Shown: positions 40,501 through 50,792, numbered from the whole stretch's first letter. The stretch is 60,915 nucleotides of DNA, filler included, from 6 parts of 6 records of this genome joined end to end with filler, not necessarily neighbours in it; one strand, 5' to 3'. The notes: generated by a model not told the origin, from the sequence alone. Numbers and translations: made by a program.

Positions 40501-43474
40501 CACCGCCGACACTTTTATGGTGCGTCCCGGCGCCTGGCAGGATTTCGTCACTTTGCTGGACACTCTTGCCGGCGCCGGTATTACACCCGGCCATATCGTG
40601 CATCTCTGGTCGCTCCGCGCGGACATGCCGGATCGCGACACTCTTGTCTTTCAAAGCCTGATCGCCACCGCGCAGGCCCTTGCGGAGCGCCGGGCCGATG
40701 AGCCGGTGGAGATCACTCTGGTCTGCCGTGGTGTCGAGGAGGTGAATGGCGAAGAAGACCTCAGCCCGCATGCCGCCGCCGCGATGGGGCCGGTACTGGT
40801 CATTCCCCAGGAACTCCCGCACATCTCCTGCCGGAGCATCGATATCGTCGTTCCGGACGGTGAAGGCATCACGCGGAACATTTGCCTCGACACGCTGGTT
40901 CAAGAGCTGGCCGCTCCCGGTACCGCCCGGCGCGTCGCCTTGCGGGGCCGTTACCGCTGGGGCCAGCTTTTCGAGCCTGCGCCCGCGCCCCTGCCCGGCG
41001 AGGGACTGCCGAAACGATTGCGGCACAAGGGCGTCTATCTGATCACCGGCGGTCTTGGCCGGATCGGCATGCTGCTGGCGGAATATCTCGCCGAGCGTGT
41101 CGAGGCCCGGCTGGTGCTGATCGGACGGTCGGCCCCGACGGACGCACAATCCGGGCGCATCGCCGCCATCGAGCAGAGCGGCGGCCGGGTGCTCATGATC
41201 CGCGCCGATATTGCCGATCCGGATGACATGAGCCGCGCCAAAATCCTCGCCGAAGAGACGTTCGGCCGGATCGACGGGGTGATCCATGCAGCGGCCCTGC
41301 CCGCTTCTGAAACCTATCGCGAGATCCGCGCCCTCACACCGGCCGACCGTGCGGCGGCGTTCCATGCCAAGGTCGGCGGCCTCGCCGCGCTTGAGCAGGC
41401 CTTCGCCGAGGTACCGCCCGACTTCTTCATGCTCTTCTCCTCATTGTCGGCAGTGCTCGGCGGGCTCGGTTTCGCCGCCTATGCAGGCGCCAACAGCGTG
41501 CTCGATGCCACGGCCAGGGAACGGCAACGGACGAGCAAAGCCACATGGATCAGCGTGAATTGGGACGGCTGGGATTTTGAGGCAGCCTCCACCGGTCAGT
41601 CCGCCTTCGAAAGCCGCTTGCAGAATGCGTCCATCACGCCGGACGAGGGCCGGGCAGCCTTCGAATTTCTGTTCAACGGATGTTTCTCCGGTCAGGTCGC
41701 CGTCTCCACCACCGATCTCGCGGACCGTCAGGCACGCGGGCATCAATCGCCTTTGCCTGAAACCGGAAAGCACATTGGCAGCATCGACGAGCGTCCGGAT
41801 AGCGGGCCGGAAGCGGAAATGGCGGCGCTCTGGTGCGCGGCTCTCGGGCTCGAGCAGGTCGGCCCGCATGACGATTTCTTTGCCCTGAACGGGGATTCCC
41901 TGCTCGGCACCCGCCTGATCGCGCAAATCAACCGCCATTTCAACAGCCGTCTCGAAGTGCGCGCCCTGTTCGAGCACCCGACCGTGGCCGGTCTTACGGC
42001 CCGGCTTATGGCAGACGGCACCATCGGGGCAGGCAATGACGCGGACGGAGACCGGAGCATGGACATCATCCTGCCCGCGGTTCCAGCACGGGATTACCCG
42101 CTGACGCACGGCCAGAAACGGCTGTGGATCCTGTCGCAATCCGAGGATGCGTCGGTCGCCTACAACATGGCCTACAATATGCGCCTGCGCGGCCCGCTTG
42201 ATGCCGAAGCGTTGCGTGCGGCTTTCGCGCACATCCTCAGCCGCCACGAAAGCCTGCGCACCGCCTTCGTGATGCGTGAGGGCATGCCGCGTCAGGAAAT
42301 CCGGGACGGCCTGCCTTTCATGCTCCCGGTCAGGGATATCTCGAAAGCAGAGGATCCCGTCGCCGAAGCGCGCGCGGCGGCCCGCGCGGAAGCCCGGCGG
42401 CCTTTCGATCTGACCCAGCCTCCGCTTCTTCGCGCCGAACTACTGTCCCTTTCCGCGGACGACCACGTGCTGCTGATCAGCCTGCATCACATCGTCTGCG
42501 ACGGTCTGAGCCTGAATATCCTGATGCGCGAGCTGCACGAGGCCTACAGCGCCTTCCGTGACGGCAGCGCCCCCGCGCACCCTCCCCTGAAGCTGCAATA
42601 CCGGGACTTCGCGGTCTGGCAGACCAGCGGTGCGGAAAGCGCGGCCATGGCATCTCATCGCGCCTATTGGCTGGACAGACTTCAGGGCGAACGCCCCTCT
42701 CTCGGGCTCGCCAGAGACTATACTGAAGGCCAGGAACACGGCTTCAGCGGCGGCCAGATTTTCGTGACGCTGGAGCGGGCCGAACGCGATCTGTTGCTCG
42801 ATCTGTGCCGCGATCAGAAGATCACCCTGTTCACGCTGTTGACCGCAGCCTTCAAGGTCCTGCTGCATCAGGCGAGCGGCCAGGACGACATTATTGTCGG
42901 CACCCCGGTGGCCGGCCGCGAACAGGCGGAGCTTGAAGGCCAGATCGGGTTGTACCTCAACAATCTGGTTCTGCGCGATCACGTCACCCGGCGCGAAAGT
43001 TTCAAGGATCTGCTGCGGCGCGTCCGCACGACCGTGACCGAGGCCTTCGCGCATCAATCCTATCCGTTCGACCGGCTGGTCGAGGATCTGGCGGTCCTCG
43101 GCGAGAAGCAGACACCGCTTTTCGAGGTCATGCTCAATCTGATGCCAAGTCAGGATCTCGACCTGCGGCTCGGCGATCTAACGCTGGAGAGCTTCCTTCT
43201 CGAAAACGAAAGCGCTCTCTTCGACCTGAACGTCATGGTCAACGACGCTTCGACCGGCCTTGCCATGGAGTTTTCCTACAACCTTGAACGGTATGAAGAA
43301 GCGCGGGTCCGGGCATTGGCTGAGAATTACCTGATCCTGCTCAGAAGCGTGGCGGCAAACCCGGAACAGAACGTCCGCGCCCTCTGCGCCCGCCTCGGAA
43401 GAGAGACCGGAGGATCAGAAACCGAGAAGGCCGACTTCCTCTCCAGCGCCCTCAATCTCGACGAGGTGTTCTAG
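37580..43474 (+). CDS. Hybrid type I PKS-NRPS: KS-AT-KR-ACP-C
   Basis: KS TACSTS/HGTGT/NLGHL; AT GHSLG plus HAFH; KR GGLGRIG...YAGAN; ACP GDSL; terminal C HHIVCDG; ATGA overlap with the NRPS. Confidence 0.95.
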   Translation: MITSPLTTPPEAGQNADTDRNLIAIVGMAGRFPKADGVDALWRLLREGGEGLIRFEPGALRAAGVPEALFGEEGYVPVNGALDGIEMFDANFFQMPPSEARITDPQHRVMLELAWNALEHSGHDPERVKGTVGVYVGCGPSSYLLNNLYPNRASLAGAGELPIQIGNNKDYLATRISYKLNLTGPSVCITTACSTSLVTVHFAAQALLDYQCDMALAGGASIQVPQDTGYLYQEGGILSPDGHCRAFDAEASGTVSGNGAAIVVLKRLADAEADGDRIHAIIRGSAVNNDGADKAGYTAPSVSGQARVIAEALEVGETDPASIGYIEAHGTGTPLGDPIEIAALAQIFGRDGAGRHIGSVKTNLGHLDEAAGVTGLIKTVLALGHREIPPSLHYERPNPEIDFAASGLSVNADLLPWQEAADGTPRRAGVSSFGIGGTNAHVVLEEAPHRHTAPDQRPFQLLPISTRSEAALTERVQALATWLRVHPEESLSDAAFTLQCGRRAFRHRAAIVTGNASDAREALLSVSTISASPERPPPVIFLCSGQGSQYPGMARALYEREPVFRAALDDCAVRLQPHIGQDLIALLYPPAGGDEAAAGERLRQTALAQPALFSIEYAMAALWRHWGIRPTALIGHSLGEYVAACLSGVMDLDTALALVAARGRLMQSAPAGAMLAVAMPPRDLENFLGAGLDLATINAPDRCVVSGASTAIEALAERLEAEGHQAQRLNVSHAFHSALMDPVLEAFGKELHRHILNDPEIPYVSNVTGSWISAKEARDPAMYVRHLRAPVAFRDGIDCVLREYPDAIFVEIGPGQALTAMVRRIAGPKIHALASLPPAGSATDDHKMLLTSLGTLWQQGGDIDWEAFAEPDRGRVPLPGYPFERARHWVDAIPTGALPAPETGKRDDVAKWFYRPTWKRLPWNDGDEAPATENRRPWLLVGDADGIGGDLADRLRARGERVVIARAGPGFFSLTADTFMVRPGAWQDFVTLLDTLAGAGITPGHIVHLWSLRADMPDRDTLVFQSLIATAQALAERRADEPVEITLVCRGVEEVNGEEDLSPHAAAAMGPVLVIPQELPHISCRSIDIVVPDGEGITRNICLDTLVQELAAPGTARRVALRGRYRWGQLFEPAPAPLPGEGLPKRLRHKGVYLITGGLGRIGMLLAEYLAERVEARLVLIGRSAPTDAQSGRIAAIEQSGGRVLMIRADIADPDDMSRAKILAEETFGRIDGVIHAAALPASETYREIRALTPADRAAAFHAKVGGLAALEQAFAEVPPDFFMLFSSLSAVLGGLGFAAYAGANSVLDATARERQRTSKATWISVNWDGWDFEAASTGQSAFESRLQNASITPDEGRAAFEFLFNGCFSGQVAVSTTDLADRQARGHQSPLPETGKHIGSIDERPDSGPEAEMAALWCAALGLEQVGPHDDFFALNGDSLLGTRLIAQINRHFNSRLEVRALFEHPTVAGLTARLMADGTIGAGNDADGDRSMDIILPAVPARDYPLTHGQKRLWILSQSEDASVAYNMAYNMRLRGPLDAEALRAAFAHILSRHESLRTAFVMREGMPRQEIRDGLPFMLPVRDISKAEDPVAEARAAARAEARRPFDLTQPPLLRAELLSLSADDHVLLISLHHIVCDGLSLNILMRELHEAYSAFRDGSAPAHPPLKLQYRDFAVWQTSGAESAAMASHRAYWLDRLQGERPSLGLARDYTEGQEHGFSGGQIFVTLERAERDLLLDLCRDQKITLFTLLTAAFKVLLHQASGQDDIIVGTPVAGREQAELEGQIGLYLNNLVLRDHVTRRESFKDLLRRVRTTVTEAFAHQSYPFDRLVEDLAVLGEKQTPLFEVMLNLMPSQDLDLRLGDLTLESFLLENESALFDLNVMVNDASTGLAMEFSYNLERYEEARVRALAENYLILLRSVAANPEQNVRALCARLGRETGGSETEKADFLSSALNLDEVF

Positions 43475-43476
43475 AC

Positions 43477-45348
43477 ATGTGCGGTTTCGTCGGATGCCAT
43501 AGCCCTGATGCGCCCGCCCCGTTCGACATGGTCCTGTTGCGGCGCATGACCGACACGCTGGCGCACCGGGGGCCGGACAAGGAGACGTACACCTGCGCGC
43601 CCGGTCTGGCGCTCGGGTTTCGCCGTCTTGCGATCATAGATCTGGATGGCGGAGACCAGCCGATCCGCAATGAAGACGATGCAATCACCCTCGTCTGTAA
43701 CGGGGAGATCTATAATCACCGGGAGCTGCGCGACGATCTCATCCGCCGGGGACACTGCTTCCGGGCGCAGGTCGACGTGGAGGTGCTGGTGCATCTTTAC
43801 GAGGAATACGGCCCCTCCTTCGTCGAGCGGCTGAATGGCCAGTTCGCCTTCGCGCTGCATGACCGGGCGCGGGACCGTCTGCTGCTCGGACGGGACCAGG
43901 CGGGCATCGCGCCGCTTTTCTATGTCTATCGCGACGGCGTTCTTCTGTTCGCCTCCGAGATCAAGGCGCTGCTGGAACACCCGATGGTCAGCCGCCGGGT
44001 CGACATGACTGGACTGGACCAGGTGCTGACCTTCCCAGGCCCGGTCAGCCCGAACAGCCTGTTCGCCGACGTGCGCAGTCTGCCGCCGGGACATCTGCTC
44101 ACCCTGGAAGAGGGCAGGCTCACCGTTAAGTCTTACTGGGATCTCGACTATCCGCTGGCAAAGGATCTGGATCCGGCGGCGGAGCCTGATTACCAGGATC
44201 TGGAAGACCGGCTGCGCACCTCCGTCGCCCGGCGCCTGCAGGCCGATGTGGATGTCGGTTTCTATCTGAGCGGCGGTCTCGACTCCTCGTTGATCGCCAG
44301 CCTGATCAGCGAACATGACGACGCTCATTATCTGAACCGCGCCAGGCACGCTTTCTCGATCGGCTTCACCGACACGCTGATCGACGAGCGGGCCATGCAG
44401 AACCTGATGGCCCGCCAGGTCGGCGCCCGTCATCACACCGAGATTTTCGACAGCGACGCTATCCAGAGCCGCCTGCGTCAGGCGATCTGGCATGCCGAGG
44501 CACCCCTCAAGGAAACCTACAATACCTGCTCGCTCGCCCTTTCGGGTCTGGTGCGCGGCAATGCCCTGAAGGTGGTTCTGACCGGAGAGGGCGCGGACGA
44601 ACTGTTCGGCGGCTATGTCGGCTATCGCCTCGACCAGCAGCGCCATGGCGCGGCGGATGATTTCAGTCTGGAAGCCCAGCTCAACCGGGAGACCCAGGAA
44701 CGTCTCTGGGGCGATCCCGGCTTCTTCTATGAGCGCGATTATGGCGCGTTTGCCGAGACCAAGGCCGCTTTCTACGCACCGGATGTCGCCGCCGGTCTGG
44801 CCTCTTTCGACTGCTGCCGGAATGCCCCCCTCGACAGCGCCAGGATGAAAGGCCGGCATCCTCTGCACCAGCGTTCCTATGCGGATTTCAAACTCCGTCT
44901 GGCCGATCATCTGTTGTCCGATCACGGCGACCGGGTCGCCTACGCTCATTCGGTCGAGGCCCGTTACCCGTTTCTCGATCCTGACGTTATCGAGTGGGTC
45001 CGGACCGCATCGCCGGACTGTCTGGTGCGTGACATGACGGAAAAATATCCGTTGCGGCGGCTCGCCGCGCATCGCCTGCCGCCGGAAATCACCAGGCGCG
45101 AGAAATTCGGTTTCGTCGCGCCTTCAAGCGCCTCCCTGCTGCAGGAGGGCGTCGCCTGGGTCGAAGACCTGCTGAGCCATGACCGGATCAGGCGCGCCGG
45201 CTATTTCAACGCCGACACGGTGGAGCGCCTGAAAACCCGCTACCGGCACCCCGGCTTCCGGCTGAACACCACTTTCGAGCCCGATCTGCTGATGATCGTC
45301 CTCTCCTTCGAAATCTTTCGGGAGTGTTTCGATGTCCCCCCTCTGTGA
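43477..45348 (+). CDS. asnB: Asparagine synthase (glutamine-hydrolysing)-like amidotransferase
   Basis: N-terminal MCG (Ntn Cys), HRGPD, NGEIYN, PP-loop LSGGLDSS, LTGEGADELFGGY and EARYPFLD. Confidence 0.93.
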   Translation: MCGFVGCHSPDAPAPFDMVLLRRMTDTLAHRGPDKETYTCAPGLALGFRRLAIIDLDGGDQPIRNEDDAITLVCNGEIYNHRELRDDLIRRGHCFRAQVDVEVLVHLYEEYGPSFVERLNGQFAFALHDRARDRLLLGRDQAGIAPLFYVYRDGVLLFASEIKALLEHPMVSRRVDMTGLDQVLTFPGPVSPNSLFADVRSLPPGHLLTLEEGRLTVKSYWDLDYPLAKDLDPAAEPDYQDLEDRLRTSVARRLQADVDVGFYLSGGLDSSLIASLISEHDDAHYLNRARHAFSIGFTDTLIDERAMQNLMARQVGARHHTEIFDSDAIQSRLRQAIWHAEAPLKETYNTCSLALSGLVRGNALKVVLTGEGADELFGGYVGYRLDQQRHGAADDFSLEAQLNRETQERLWGDPGFFYERDYGAFAETKAAFYAPDVAAGLASFDCCRNAPLDSARMKGRHPLHQRSYADFKLRLADHLLSDHGDRVAYAHSVEARYPFLDPDVIEWVRTASPDCLVRDMTEKYPLRRLAAHRLPPEITRREKFGFVAPSSASLLQEGVAWVEDLLSHDRIRRAGYFNADTVERLKTRYRHPGFRLNTTFEPDLLMIVLSFEIFRECFDVPPL

Positions 45349-45367
45349 GCCATCAAGGACCGCATTC

Positions 45368-47227
45368 ATGAACAAACTCATTCCGCACAGCGTTTTCGAG
45401 CATGTCGCCGCACAGAACGGCCCCCGGACCGCCATCGAGGAGCCCGGCCGCACGATCACCTATCAGGCGTTGAATGAGGCCGCCAACCGGGTGGCCCATG
45501 GACTGACGGAACATGGTCTGAAAACGGGCGATGTTGTTGCCCTGCATCTTCCCGCCGGAGTGGATTATGTGATTGCCCTGCTCGCCGTGGCCAAGGCGGG
45601 CGGTATCTTCCTGCCGCTGGATCTCACCGCACCGTCCCAGCGTCAGGCACATATCCTGTCCGTCGCCGCCCCTGCCCTCGTGATCTCCGGCAAGACGGCG
45701 GAACTCGCGACCGGCGCCCCGATTAAACGCCTCGCGGACCTGCCGCTCGACCGGACGGAAAATCCGGACATCACAACCGGGGGCGACGATGCCAGCTATA
45801 TCGTCTTCACCTCGGGCTCAACCGGAACGCCGAAAGCGATCCTCGGCAGCCAGAAGGGGCTCAGCCATTTCCTGCATTGGGAAATTGGCGAATTCGGCCT
45901 CGGCACGGAGACCCGGATCAGCCAGCTCGCGCCCGCCACCTTCGATGTCAGCCTGCGCGATATCCTGACGCCCCTGCTGGCGGGCGGGACCCTCTGCATT
46001 CCGCCGGAGGAGGCGCGCGGCAGCAGCCGGCATCTGCTGTCCTGGCTCGAGGATGCCCGGATCACGCTGACACATTGCGTGCCGTCCCTGTTCCGCGAGT
46101 TCATGACGGAGCTGGAAGCTGGCACCGCTTCCAGCTCGCGACTACCTTGCCTCAGCGATCTTCTGCTGGCCGGCGAGCCGCTTTACGGCGCCGACATCCG
46201 GCGCTGGCGGACGCTCATGGGAGACAGTGTCCACCTCACCAATCTCTACGGCCCGTCCGAGACCACACTCGCCAAGGCCTTCCACCGGATCGGGGATACG
46301 CCGGCCGAGCCGGGGCGCATGGTACCTGTTGGCAAGCCCCTGCCCAACAGCGCCCTGCTGGTGGTTAAGGATGGCGAGCTTTGCGATGCGGGAGAGATCG
46401 GCGAGGTCTTCATCAAGACGCCGTTCATGAGCAAGGGGTATCTTGGCGCGCCGGACCTCATGTCCGGGGTTTTCGTGCAGAATCCGTTAACCCCGGACAC
46501 ACCGGATATCGTCTATCGCAGCGGCGATATCGGCCGCTATATGGGCGACCATACGGTCGAGCTGCTGGGCCGGAAAGACGATCAGGTCAAGATCAACGGC
46601 ATCCGGATCGAGCTTGCCGAAGTCGAGGCCGCGATCCGGCATCATCCGGCCATCACGGCCGCGATCGTCATCGCGCACCGCCCGGCGGCACGGGAACCAA
46701 GCCTCACCGCCTATTACATTTCCGCTACGCCCCTCACCGGGTCCGAGATCCGCCAGCATCTCGGCGACTGGCTGCCGCCAAGCATGCAGCCAGCCCATTT
46801 CGTCGAAATGGATCAGTTCCCGCTGAACCTGCATGGAAAGGTGGACCGCCGGGCCCTGCCCCCGCCCGTCGACCTGCTCTATCTCGACGCCCCCTATGTC
46901 GCCTCCGCGAACGAAACCGAAAGCAGCCTGGCCGCGCTCTGGGGTGAGGTGCTTGAGCTTCCGAAGGTTGGCGTCACGCATAGCTTCGTCGATCTCGGCG
47001 GCGACTCCCTGAAGGCGATCCGCGTTCTGTCGCGCGTCTACCAGACATTCGGGATCGAGGTGAAGCTTCAGGAATTGTTCCCGGACGGCACCGTGCGCGG
47101 CCTCGCCCGGGCGCTGACCGCACGCGGCGCCGGAAACAGTCCAGTGGCCGAGCCGGAACTGGTAACGGCCGGCATCCAGGAGGACCGGTCGCGACAACAA
47201 AGCGGCAAAGCGGGAGCCCGGCCATGA
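45368..47227 (+). CDS. Stand-alone NRPS A-T didomain
   Basis: FTSGSTGTPK, YGPSET, YRSGD, LHGKVDR and T motif GGDSL; no C domain; ATG 45368 has an AAGGA RBS. Confidence 0.92.
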   Translation: MNKLIPHSVFEHVAAQNGPRTAIEEPGRTITYQALNEAANRVAHGLTEHGLKTGDVVALHLPAGVDYVIALLAVAKAGGIFLPLDLTAPSQRQAHILSVAAPALVISGKTAELATGAPIKRLADLPLDRTENPDITTGGDDASYIVFTSGSTGTPKAILGSQKGLSHFLHWEIGEFGLGTETRISQLAPATFDVSLRDILTPLLAGGTLCIPPEEARGSSRHLLSWLEDARITLTHCVPSLFREFMTELEAGTASSSRLPCLSDLLLAGEPLYGADIRRWRTLMGDSVHLTNLYGPSETTLAKAFHRIGDTPAEPGRMVPVGKPLPNSALLVVKDGELCDAGEIGEVFIKTPFMSKGYLGAPDLMSGVFVQNPLTPDTPDIVYRSGDIGRYMGDHTVELLGRKDDQVKINGIRIELAEVEAAIRHHPAITAAIVIAHRPAAREPSLTAYYISATPLTGSEIRQHLGDWLPPSMQPAHFVEMDQFPLNLHGKVDRRALPPPVDLLYLDAPYVASANETESSLAALWGEVLELPKVGVTHSFVDLGGDSLKAIRVLSRVYQTFGIEVKLQELFPDGTVRGLARALTARGAGNSPVAEPELVTAGIQEDRSRQQSGKAGARP

Positions 47228-49020
47228 CCACGCTGGAATTCTATCCGGTGGATGATGTCGAGTCGGGCACGAAGCAGTCCTATCCCGGCTCGTTTGCGCA
47301 ACAGCGCCTCTGGATCCTGTCCCAGATGGACCGGTCCATTGACGCCTATGTCATTACCCGTGCTCTCAGAGTGCGCGGCCCTCTCGACCTGCCCGCCCTG
47401 ACGGCCACCATCGACGGCATCATGGCCCGGCACGAGATGTTGCGGACCCGCTTCGAGATGCAGGACGGCGCGCTCCGGCAGATCGTCGAGCCACACATAT
47501 CCGCGCCCATCAGGCAAAGCGACGTCAGTGGAACGACGGATCCGGAGGCGGCGTGCCGCGCCCTTCTCCGGGAGGATCTCGCCGCCCCCTTCGCTCTCTC
47601 CCGGACGCCTTTGTGGCGTGTCCGTCTCTGCAAGCTCGGCGACGGGGACTGGGTGCTCGCCCTGATCGTCCATCACATCATTGCGGACGCATGGTCGATG
47701 GAACTGCTGCAGCAAGAACTCGCGCTGCGCTACCAGGCCCATGTCTCGGGCGCGGAGCTGGCACTACCCGCGCCCCGCCGGAACTACGGCGACTATGCCG
47801 CATGGCAGCACTCGCCCGAAGCCTGCGAGGCGATGGAGGAAGCAAGAGCCTACTGGATGCAAAAGCTGGCGGACCCGGAGCTGCTGGAGCTGCCCGCCGA
47901 CATGCCCGGCCCGCGCCGCATGCTGGCACCTGCTGCAACCCTCCGGCACGCATTCGACCCGATCCAGGTTCAGGCCCTGAAAATGCTGGCCACGGACCAG
48001 AGCAGCTCCCTCTTCATGGCCTTGACCGCGCTGGTCAAGACGCTGCTCTACCGGTATTGCGGCCAGCGTGACATCACGGTCGGCACGCCCGTCGCCGGAC
48101 GAAACCGGCCGGAGCTGGAAACAGTCGTCGGGCTGTTCATGAATGTCGTCGCCCTGCGGGACGAGATTGATCCCGGCGACGGCTTCACCACCCTGCTCGA
48201 TCAGGTGGCACGCACCGCCTACGAAGCCTTCGCCCATCAAAATTACTCGCTGGAACATCTGATCGACGATCTGGATCTGGAACGCGACGCCGCCCGGGCA
48301 CCCCTGTTCGATGTTCTGGTCGCCCTGCAAAACGTTCCCGCGGCAAGCTCCCGCGTCGCGGACCTGCAGATCGGCCCCTTCGAGGCAGGACCGGAAGCAG
48401 CGAAATACGACCTGATCTTCGAATTCGCGGAAGACGGCGACGGCCTGATCCTCAACCTGATCTACAGCACCGGTCTGTTCAGCGCCGAAGCCATGACGCG
48501 TCTTTGCAGCCATCTCGAACGGCTATTGGAAGGTCTGCTCTCGGCGCCCGAAGCCCCCGTCGGTACCCTGCCGCTGCTGACCCGCGCAGAACGGGCCGAG
48601 CTTGCAGGCTGGGCCGGGGGAGCCTCCCCCTATCCGCGTGAAGCATCGCTGACCGATCTCTTCGAAGAGATCGTTGCGGCTACCCCCGATGCGCCGGCGC
48701 TGCGCTTTGGTGAGACCACGCTGAGCTATGCGCAGCTTGATGACCGCGCAGGCAAGCTCGCGGCTTATATCGATGCGCACTACGCGCCCGAACCCGGTGC
48801 CGTCATCGGGCTCTGTCTTGAGCGCGGCATTGATCTCGTTGTTGCCATGCTCTCCATCCTGAAGACAGGCGGGGCTTATCTGCCGCTGGACCCGGACCTG
48901 CCTGCCGAGCGCCTCGGTTATATGATCGGGGAAGCAAAGGTCGGGCTCGTCGTCAGCCAGAAGGCGCTGGTGGAGGCGTTGCCCGAGGGAGGCTACGCAC
49001 AGCTTCTGATCGACAGGGAC
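47224..49020 (+). CDS. NRPS, 3'-truncated: C-A(N-terminal part)
   Basis: SFAQQRLW, HHIIADAWS, then LSYAQLD and GGAYLPLDP; ATGA overlap with the A-T gene. Confidence 0.93.
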
Positions 49021-49120
49021 NNNNNNNNNNNNNNNNNNNNNNNNNNNNNNNNNNNNNNNNNNNNTTAATTAATTAANNNNNNNNNNNNNNNNNNNNNNNN
49101 NNNNNNNNNNNNNNNNNNNN
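49021..49120. other. Artificial contig spacer
   Basis: Same 100-nt linker. Confidence 0.99.
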
Positions 49121-49990
49121 GACGAGGTGGCCGCTGCCGCCCAAGTGATGCGAGACCTGGTAACACCGGTCAGCTTGCCTGCGGAAACGGAAGTGGTTGA
49201 TTTGTGCGGAACCGGCGGTGATGGCGCGCAAACCTTCAATATTTCCACAGCTTGCATGTTTGTGTTGGCGGCGGCTGGTGCCAAAGTGGGCAAGCATGGC
49301 GGGCGCAGCGTGTCGTCCAATTCGGGCAGCGCCGATGTGCTTGAACTGTTGGGCGTCAATATCAACCTCAAACCTGAACAGGTGGCTGATTCGATTGCCC
49401 AGGTGGGTATTGGCTTCATGTTTGCGCCGAATCACCACAGCGCCATGCGTTTTGCCGGTCCTGTCCGCAAAGAATTGGGTGTGCGCACAGTCTTCAATAT
49501 TCTGGGGCCGCTCACCAACCCGGCCAACGCCAAGCGCCAGGTCATGGGGGTGTACAGTGCCAACCTGCTCGATCTGCAGGCACAAGTACTGAATCGCTTG
49601 GGCTCAGTGCAAGCCCTGATTGTTCACGGCGAAAACGGCATGGATGAACTGTGCATTGAATGCGACTCCAGAATTGCAGAACTTCGCAACGGCGAAGTCA
49701 GCCACTACAGCATCAAGCCCGAAGACTTTGGCTTGGCACGTGCCTCACACAGCAGCCTGCATGCAGCCTCAGTGCAAGAATCACGCGACAAAATTTTCCA
49801 CGCCTTGAGTGGCAAAGGTGGTGCTGTTGGCGACATCGTGTTGCTCAACAGTGCGGCTGGCTTGTACACCGCTGGTGTGGTGTCCAACTTGAAAGAAGGG
49901 GTTGATCTGGCTCGCGCCACCATTGCCAGTGGCTCTGCATTTCGCAAACTCAATGAGTTCGTCGACTTTACCCAGTCGGTCGGGCAGTAA
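49121..49990 (+). CDS. trpD: Anthranilate phosphoribosyltransferase (5'-truncated)
   Basis: [39 protein letters not shown] and GMDE. Confidence 0.96.
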   Translation, partial: DEVAAAAQVMRDLVTPVSLPAETEVVDLCGTGGDGAQTFNISTACMFVLAAAGAKVGKHGGRSVSSNSGSADVLELLGVNINLKPEQVADSIAQVGIGFMFAPNHHSAMRFAGPVRKELGVRTVFNILGPLTNPANAKRQVMGVYSANLLDLQAQVLNRLGSVQALIVHGENGMDELCIECDSRIAELRNGEVSHYSIKPEDFGLARASHSSLHAASVQESRDKIFHALSGKGGAVGDIVLLNSAAGLYTAGVVSNLKEGVDLARATIASGSAFRKLNEFVDFTQSVGQ

Positions 49991-50003
49991 GGTACACCGC
50001 ATC

Positions 50004-50792
50004 ATGAGCGACATACTCGATAAAATTCTGGCCACCAAACGCGAAGAAATTGCACAGGGCAAACAGGTACTGTCTGAAGTGCAGTGGTTGGCCAAAGCCG
50101 CCCGCCTTGAGCCCACGCGTGGATTCGCCATGGCCATGAAAACTGCTGTGGCCAAAGGGCTGCCAGCCGTGATCGCCGAAGTGAAACGAGCCAGCCCCAG
50201 CAAGGGCATTCTGCGCGAACCATTCGACCCTGTTGAAATTGCAACAAGCTATGCGGAACATGGTGCCACCTGTTTGTCTGTACTCACCGACATTCAGTAT
50301 TTCAAAGGCGCTCCCCAGTACCTTGACATGGCGCGCCAGGCCAGCGGCCTGCCTTGCATTCGCAAGGATTTCATCATCGACACCTATCAAGTGGTTCAGG
50401 CGCGCGGGTTAGGTGCCGACGCCATCTTGTTGATCGTGTCCGCACTTGAATTGCCTCAGTTGCTTGAACTGGAACAATGTGCGAATGAATTGGGCATGGA
50501 TGTATTGGTGGAAGTGCACGACGCCGCTGAAATGGATGTTGCGCTGCAATTGAAAACCCCCTTGATCGGCGTCAACAACCGCAACTTGCGCACCTTTGAA
50601 ACATCGCTTCAAACCACCATCGACCTGAAGAATCGCGTGGGCGATGATCGCCTTCTGATCACTGAAAGTGGCATTGCAACGCGTGAAGACGTTGCCCTGA
50701 TGCGCTCGAACGACATTCACGCATTTCTCGTCGGTGAAGCGTTCATGCGCGCCCCGTCACCGGGGCAGGCATTGGCCGATCTGTTTGGCTGA
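50004..50792 (+). CDS. trpC: Indole-3-glycerol phosphate synthase
   Basis: [29 protein letters not shown] and ESGI; start ATG 50004 (MSDILDKI). Confidence 0.96.
   Translation: MSDILDKILATKREEIAQGKQVLSEVQWLAKAARLEPTRGFAMAMKTAVAKGLPAVIAEVKRASPSKGILREPFDPVEIATSYAEHGATCLSVLTDIQYFKGAPQYLDMARQASGLPCIRKDFIIDTYQVVQARGLGADAILLIVSALELPQLLELEQCANELGMDVLVEVHDAAEMDVALQLKTPLIGVNNRNLRTFETSLQTTIDLKNRVGDDRLLITESGIATREDVALMRSNDIHAFLVGEAFMRAPSPGQALADLFG

Noticed and set aside
30843-44000. Long antisense ORFs (e.g. 30843-32813, 32847-34475, 37172-39010, 39419-41365, 43471-45072)
   Set aside because: Shadow frames of GC-rich NRPS/PKS genes with no recognisable motifs
47670-47700. C-domain motif HHIIADA as an inactive domain
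   Set aside because: The catalytic His and Asp are retained; G-to-A at the last position is a tolerated variant
49121-50792. trpD/trpC (or cysE on the other side) as precursor supply for the NRPS-PKS cluster
   Set aside because: Different contigs with different composition, separated by spacers
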